64,000 nucleotides of DNA. Origin: the human T2T-CHM13v2.0 reference genome, Homo sapiens. A program made the position numbers and the translations under genes. The stretch lies in NCBI RefSeq assembly GCF_009914755.1, contig NC_060936.1. The stretch is one strand, 5' to 3'. A model generated the notes under the pieces. That model was not told where the DNA came from. It saw nothing but the letters and a program-made list of their open reading frames with translations, and ran no database searches. Of this stretch, positions 55,876 through 64,000 are shown piece after piece. Every line of letters starts with the position of its first letter. Within the stretch, counting starts at the first letter, position 1.

Positions 55876-58769
55876 TTCTTCTGTTGCAAGTGACAAGAAC
55901 CCAAATCAAACTAATTCAGCCCAAAAAAGGAGAATAACTCTCATCACTGTGAAGTCTCAGGTTAGTGTTTGCTTTGGGGGCAACCTGGCTCAGAAGATCA
56001 AATGATGCTACAATACGCATTTCACTTACTCTCTTAGTTCTGTGGTGCTCTTTCTTGGCTTCATTCTCAGGCCATCTCTGTTATCACTTGGTGATAAAAA
56101 TGGCTACCAGTAGTATCTCTAGGTTTACATCATCCTCATGGTGATTCCAGAAAAAAAAAAAAGAAAGAAAGAGAAGATGATGACAACAATCATCACAAAT
56201 CCCTCCCCGTCAACATCCATACTTGATCACCCAAATGGCATTGATTGGTCGTGTTTGGGCTTTAGAATGAACACTGAACCAATTATTAGGTCTAGAAGAA
56301 AAAAAAAATTGAACTAGTCAGAGTGAGTGAAGACCTTGTCCCTGTAGTGTGAAAGGTAATTACAGCCAGGTGAGGTCCCACTGAATCACATTACCTTGGG
56401 AGAAACAGAATCCCAAAAGAAGTGATACAGAACTGACACAAAGCAGATTTCCATATAGGACCATATAGATTTCCACTATAGGACCATTAGGGGCACAGAC
56501 TATATAGTCAATAAATGCTATCAGAATGGAAACTAAGAGTTCTGTGAGATTAATACTTTCTCCTCTCTCTGCCCTCTCACTCCCATCTCTTTCTCCCTCT
56601 CCCCCGAGTCTCTCTGTTTCACATATATATTCACATACACACACAAAGAAGTGGTTTCAAATAGTCCCTGGGGCACTAACAGAGGAAAATGGCCATAAGG
56701 ATGAATTCCAGTATTACTCACAGGATAAATTCTCTTGTTACATCATGAGGAAAAGAAAAACCATTAACTGAGGCATAAACTTCCTAATTGTGAAGAGCAT
56801 GATTGGCAGGCGGTGAATACCTCATCGTTCTCAAATAGACCATAAGCTTCAGGAAGCCTTTAATAATAACCTATTATACTGACATGAATAAGGTTGAGAT
56901 GGAGCAGGCTATGCTGAAGTGGTAGAGGCTGAAAGAGAGAGAGAGAAAAAAAGATTGTTCTTGATGTCCCTTTGTATCTGACCCTTATCCAGATACTGAA
57001 ATTGAACCACCATAATGAGCCAAGTATCATATTCCAAAAAATCTGCCAGACATTCCTGCCGTTTCAGCTTTATTGAATTACTATGTAGTGCAGCCTTAGA
57101 AATATAAATCATGGAGAAGCAGGAAATGCATTTATTTCATTAACCCATCTAGACTTCGTTGAATGTCTGCTAGTGCCTCTCTTAAAAATAGCCTTAGAGT
57201 CTTACCCCGCAAATATGTTTGAATTCTGTTTACCAGCAGCAGTAAACCTGACGATAGACTATTGTTTAATTCCTATTTCTCCTCAAAAGCACTTTCACTC
57301 CCATTTAGTTGGCTGCATGTTGTACAGAGCTTTAAAGAAGAACATCCTTGTGTCCTTTGTCATTTCTTGGTCTTCCACGAAGTAGCTGGCCAGACTTGCT
57401 TTTTTGCTCCCATTCCAATCAACCAGCCACAAAGAGGAAGAAATAGTTCCTGAGGTTGGCAACAGTTATCTGGATGCATGCAAAAAGCCCAAATCACCTT
57501 GGACACCAAACTTGGTGCTCTGTGAAGGAGTTGCACAGGAAAATGCTGAACTGATAGAACCAGTAATGAAGACAGAGATGATTTGGTCATAGCAAGCAGC
57601 TTTGCAAGCTTAGATGGCAGAGCAGAATTAGGACCAGAAGCTCTGGAGTTAGATGGCCTGGGTTCAAATTCAGACCATAGCACTTATCAGCTGGGCAACT
57701 TGAGCCAGTGAATTTCCTTCTTCCAATTTCCATTTCATCAACAGTACTAATGTTTACCTCCAAGGGCTATTGAGAGGTGGCTTCAAGAAAAACAAATGAG
57801 TGGGCAGGGGGGACCTGTAACCTACAAAGCATCACTCAACTTTGTTATTATTATGACACTCAGACCAAAGAAGACAAGGGACATATATGTCTCAGCTTGA
57901 GACAAAATTTCAGAGTTTATCCTTGCCACATTTCCTGTGAGAATTCCTTTGCTTTCTCATCCTGTCCCATTTCCCAAGGGGCCTATGTTGTTCTCCATGA
58001 TTACTCTTAATTAACACTTAATAAGTCTCTCCTGAAACATTAATAGCTGGCCAAGCCTTAGCTGACAATGGCTTAATGTATGATACCTCCCAGGGATGTT
58101 GGCATTTATTTTAATTTGAAAGGAGACCCTAACTTCTCTCCTAACCACCCAGAAACTCCACTAGGGTCCAGGGAGACATCCCTAAAATGTCACCATCTGG
58201 GCCTTTCCCACATGATCATATTGAAAGTTTGGGAGAGAGTAAAAGAATGAAGAGGAAGAAAGCAAAGGAAAACCCACTGGGAGCTACATTTCCCTCCCAA
58301 AACAACAACAAAAACCTAGTGCCTGGTACACAGTAGGTTTTCCATTAATAATCTTAAATGGAGGAATAAATGATAGAGTTAATGAACCAGCAAACAAATA
58401 AATGAAGAACTGCCCCATAATTTCTCCATTCACTCACAAGGAAGAAAATAAATAAAAGCTAACTTTGGCAGGGCACCTCTGAGAAGTCACCAACTATAAC
58501 AGCAAACTCCCTGCCTAATCCTTCTTACTGGAATTGTAGCACTAAGAATAGCCAGTTTGCTTTTTACTGACTGGGTTCTTACCTGCTTTCTTTCTGGAAT
58601 GTGGTCCAAAAAAGGGAAGAATGGGATCTTGATCATGATGAAGGGCACAGGCTATGAAGTCTATCATATTTGGATTTTAGACCCAGTTCTGCTAACATCT
58701 ATTTGTAATTGGGCAAAAGACTTAATCTCAACTTTTGCTTCTACCCATGAAGGAGAAACTCCTATGGGA

Positions 58770-62682
<3,913 letters not shown>

Positions 62683-64000
62683 CTATCTTAGTCCATTTTC
62701 TGTTGCTATAATTGAATATCTGAGACTGGGTAACTTAAAACAAAAATAAATGTATTTCTTTCTCTTCTGGTGCAAGAATAGGAAAAATCTTGGATGAAAC
62801 TAGTCAAAGCACTGACATGCCATGACTGCACTGCAAACTTGATGGATAACTCACCTCTTTCAATCTGTTTCTTCACTTTGAAATCTCCTTCTCAACAGGG
62901 AGCACTCCTATTAGCTCCAACGTAGCTTCATGGGCAACATGATCCCACCACTCTAGATCCCCAAAGGACCTGAGAATGTGATTATAAGTTGTTTCTCTAA
63001 AATGGGAGGCAACTTTACCCCAGCCACCATGTCTCTCTCCTTCATCAAAATAGTGCTCAGCTACACGTGTTTATAAGAAGCCAGTCTAAGCAGAACCCAT
63101 TTCCAGGGACCATCTGTACTTCCTAGCAATTGAACCCACAACCATGCCTTTGGAGATGACCAGCAGGACGGGGTAAGAGGTCTGCATCTGGCTTTCTGCT
63201 CCACACACATGCTTTTGTCTGGACTCCAAAGCCTGACAGCTGAAACTTCTGGAATGCCCTAGGCACTGCTGAATCAGATGTTTTTCAGCTTCAGTGATTC
63301 ACAACTTCCAACTTGCAGAACATTCTCAAGCTAGCTATTTTTTGGAGTCCCTTTTCTCCAGCTGCCTCCAAAATGAACTGTCCCCAACCCTGAATTTCAC
63401 TGACAGTGAGGTGTTTCTCTGGAAGTCTGGTTGGGGGCCATGCCAGCGTCATCGCCCTGTACTGGGCTTTGAAGACATGATGACCCACAGATTTTTATGT
63501 GATGAAGCTGCTGTTGCAGTGCCTGACCCCAGGCAGGTCCATGCAACACAGCCTGGCATCCTGTGTTTCCATATGGCACCAACCAGGTTGCTTTGAGCTC
63601 TCAGTCCTCTAGAAGCAGGGTCCCCTGAGGCACCACAACACAGAAGAGACCACATTGAGCCCTGTTGGAATATGTGTATGCACAGCTTTGGACAGCCACT
63701 GGAGGCCTGCTGTCTCCTTTACTGAATTCTGAGCCATTGCAGGTGCTCAGGATGGAGTCACCTCCATCCCATCCCACAGTAGAGTAGTGAAGAAACATGA
63801 ATCATTCTATTAATTCCATCTGCTGAGACTGGAGCTTCTAGAATTTCACATCAGTGGGGTATTGGGGACAGTTGCTCTCTTCTCCATGTTTGTTTGGAGA
63901 ATGCATTGATTTGGGCAACTGTCTTTGTTCCTGATATCTGCTCAGCTCCTGCAGGAAAATGCTGTTTATATCAACAGAGATGGCAACAGGCTGGGCTTAC

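Overview
Primate, most likely human, repeat-rich non-coding genomic DNA with no intact protein-coding gene, RNA gene or CRISPR array that I can support. The main gene-derived feature is a full-length processed pseudogene of ST13 (Hip, Hsc70-interacting protein) at about 20565-23186 (+). It retains a 5'UTR, a 370-codon reading frame with two in-frame stops and no frameshift, a 1.4-kb 3'UTR, a poly(A) tail and a target-site duplication, and it splits a MER21C-like LTR. The rest is layered transposon debris (L1, L2, MIR, Alu, THE1/MST/MLT1, MER52, MER21, LTR47, hAT MITEs). Structures not explained by ordinary repeat annotation are a 107-bp near-perfect hairpin (30249-30355), an 80-bp inverted duplication 3.9 kb apart (48669-48749 and 52673-52752), a 67-bp minisatellite derived from L1 ORF2 (33075-33570), a 650-bp polypyrimidine tract, and HOX/MEIS/FOX motif clusters in repeat-poor islands. 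Repeat subfamily names and ST13 comparisons come from recalled consensus sequences, not database searches, and most repeat boundaries are approximate. I find no convincing evidence of a novel multi-gene system.
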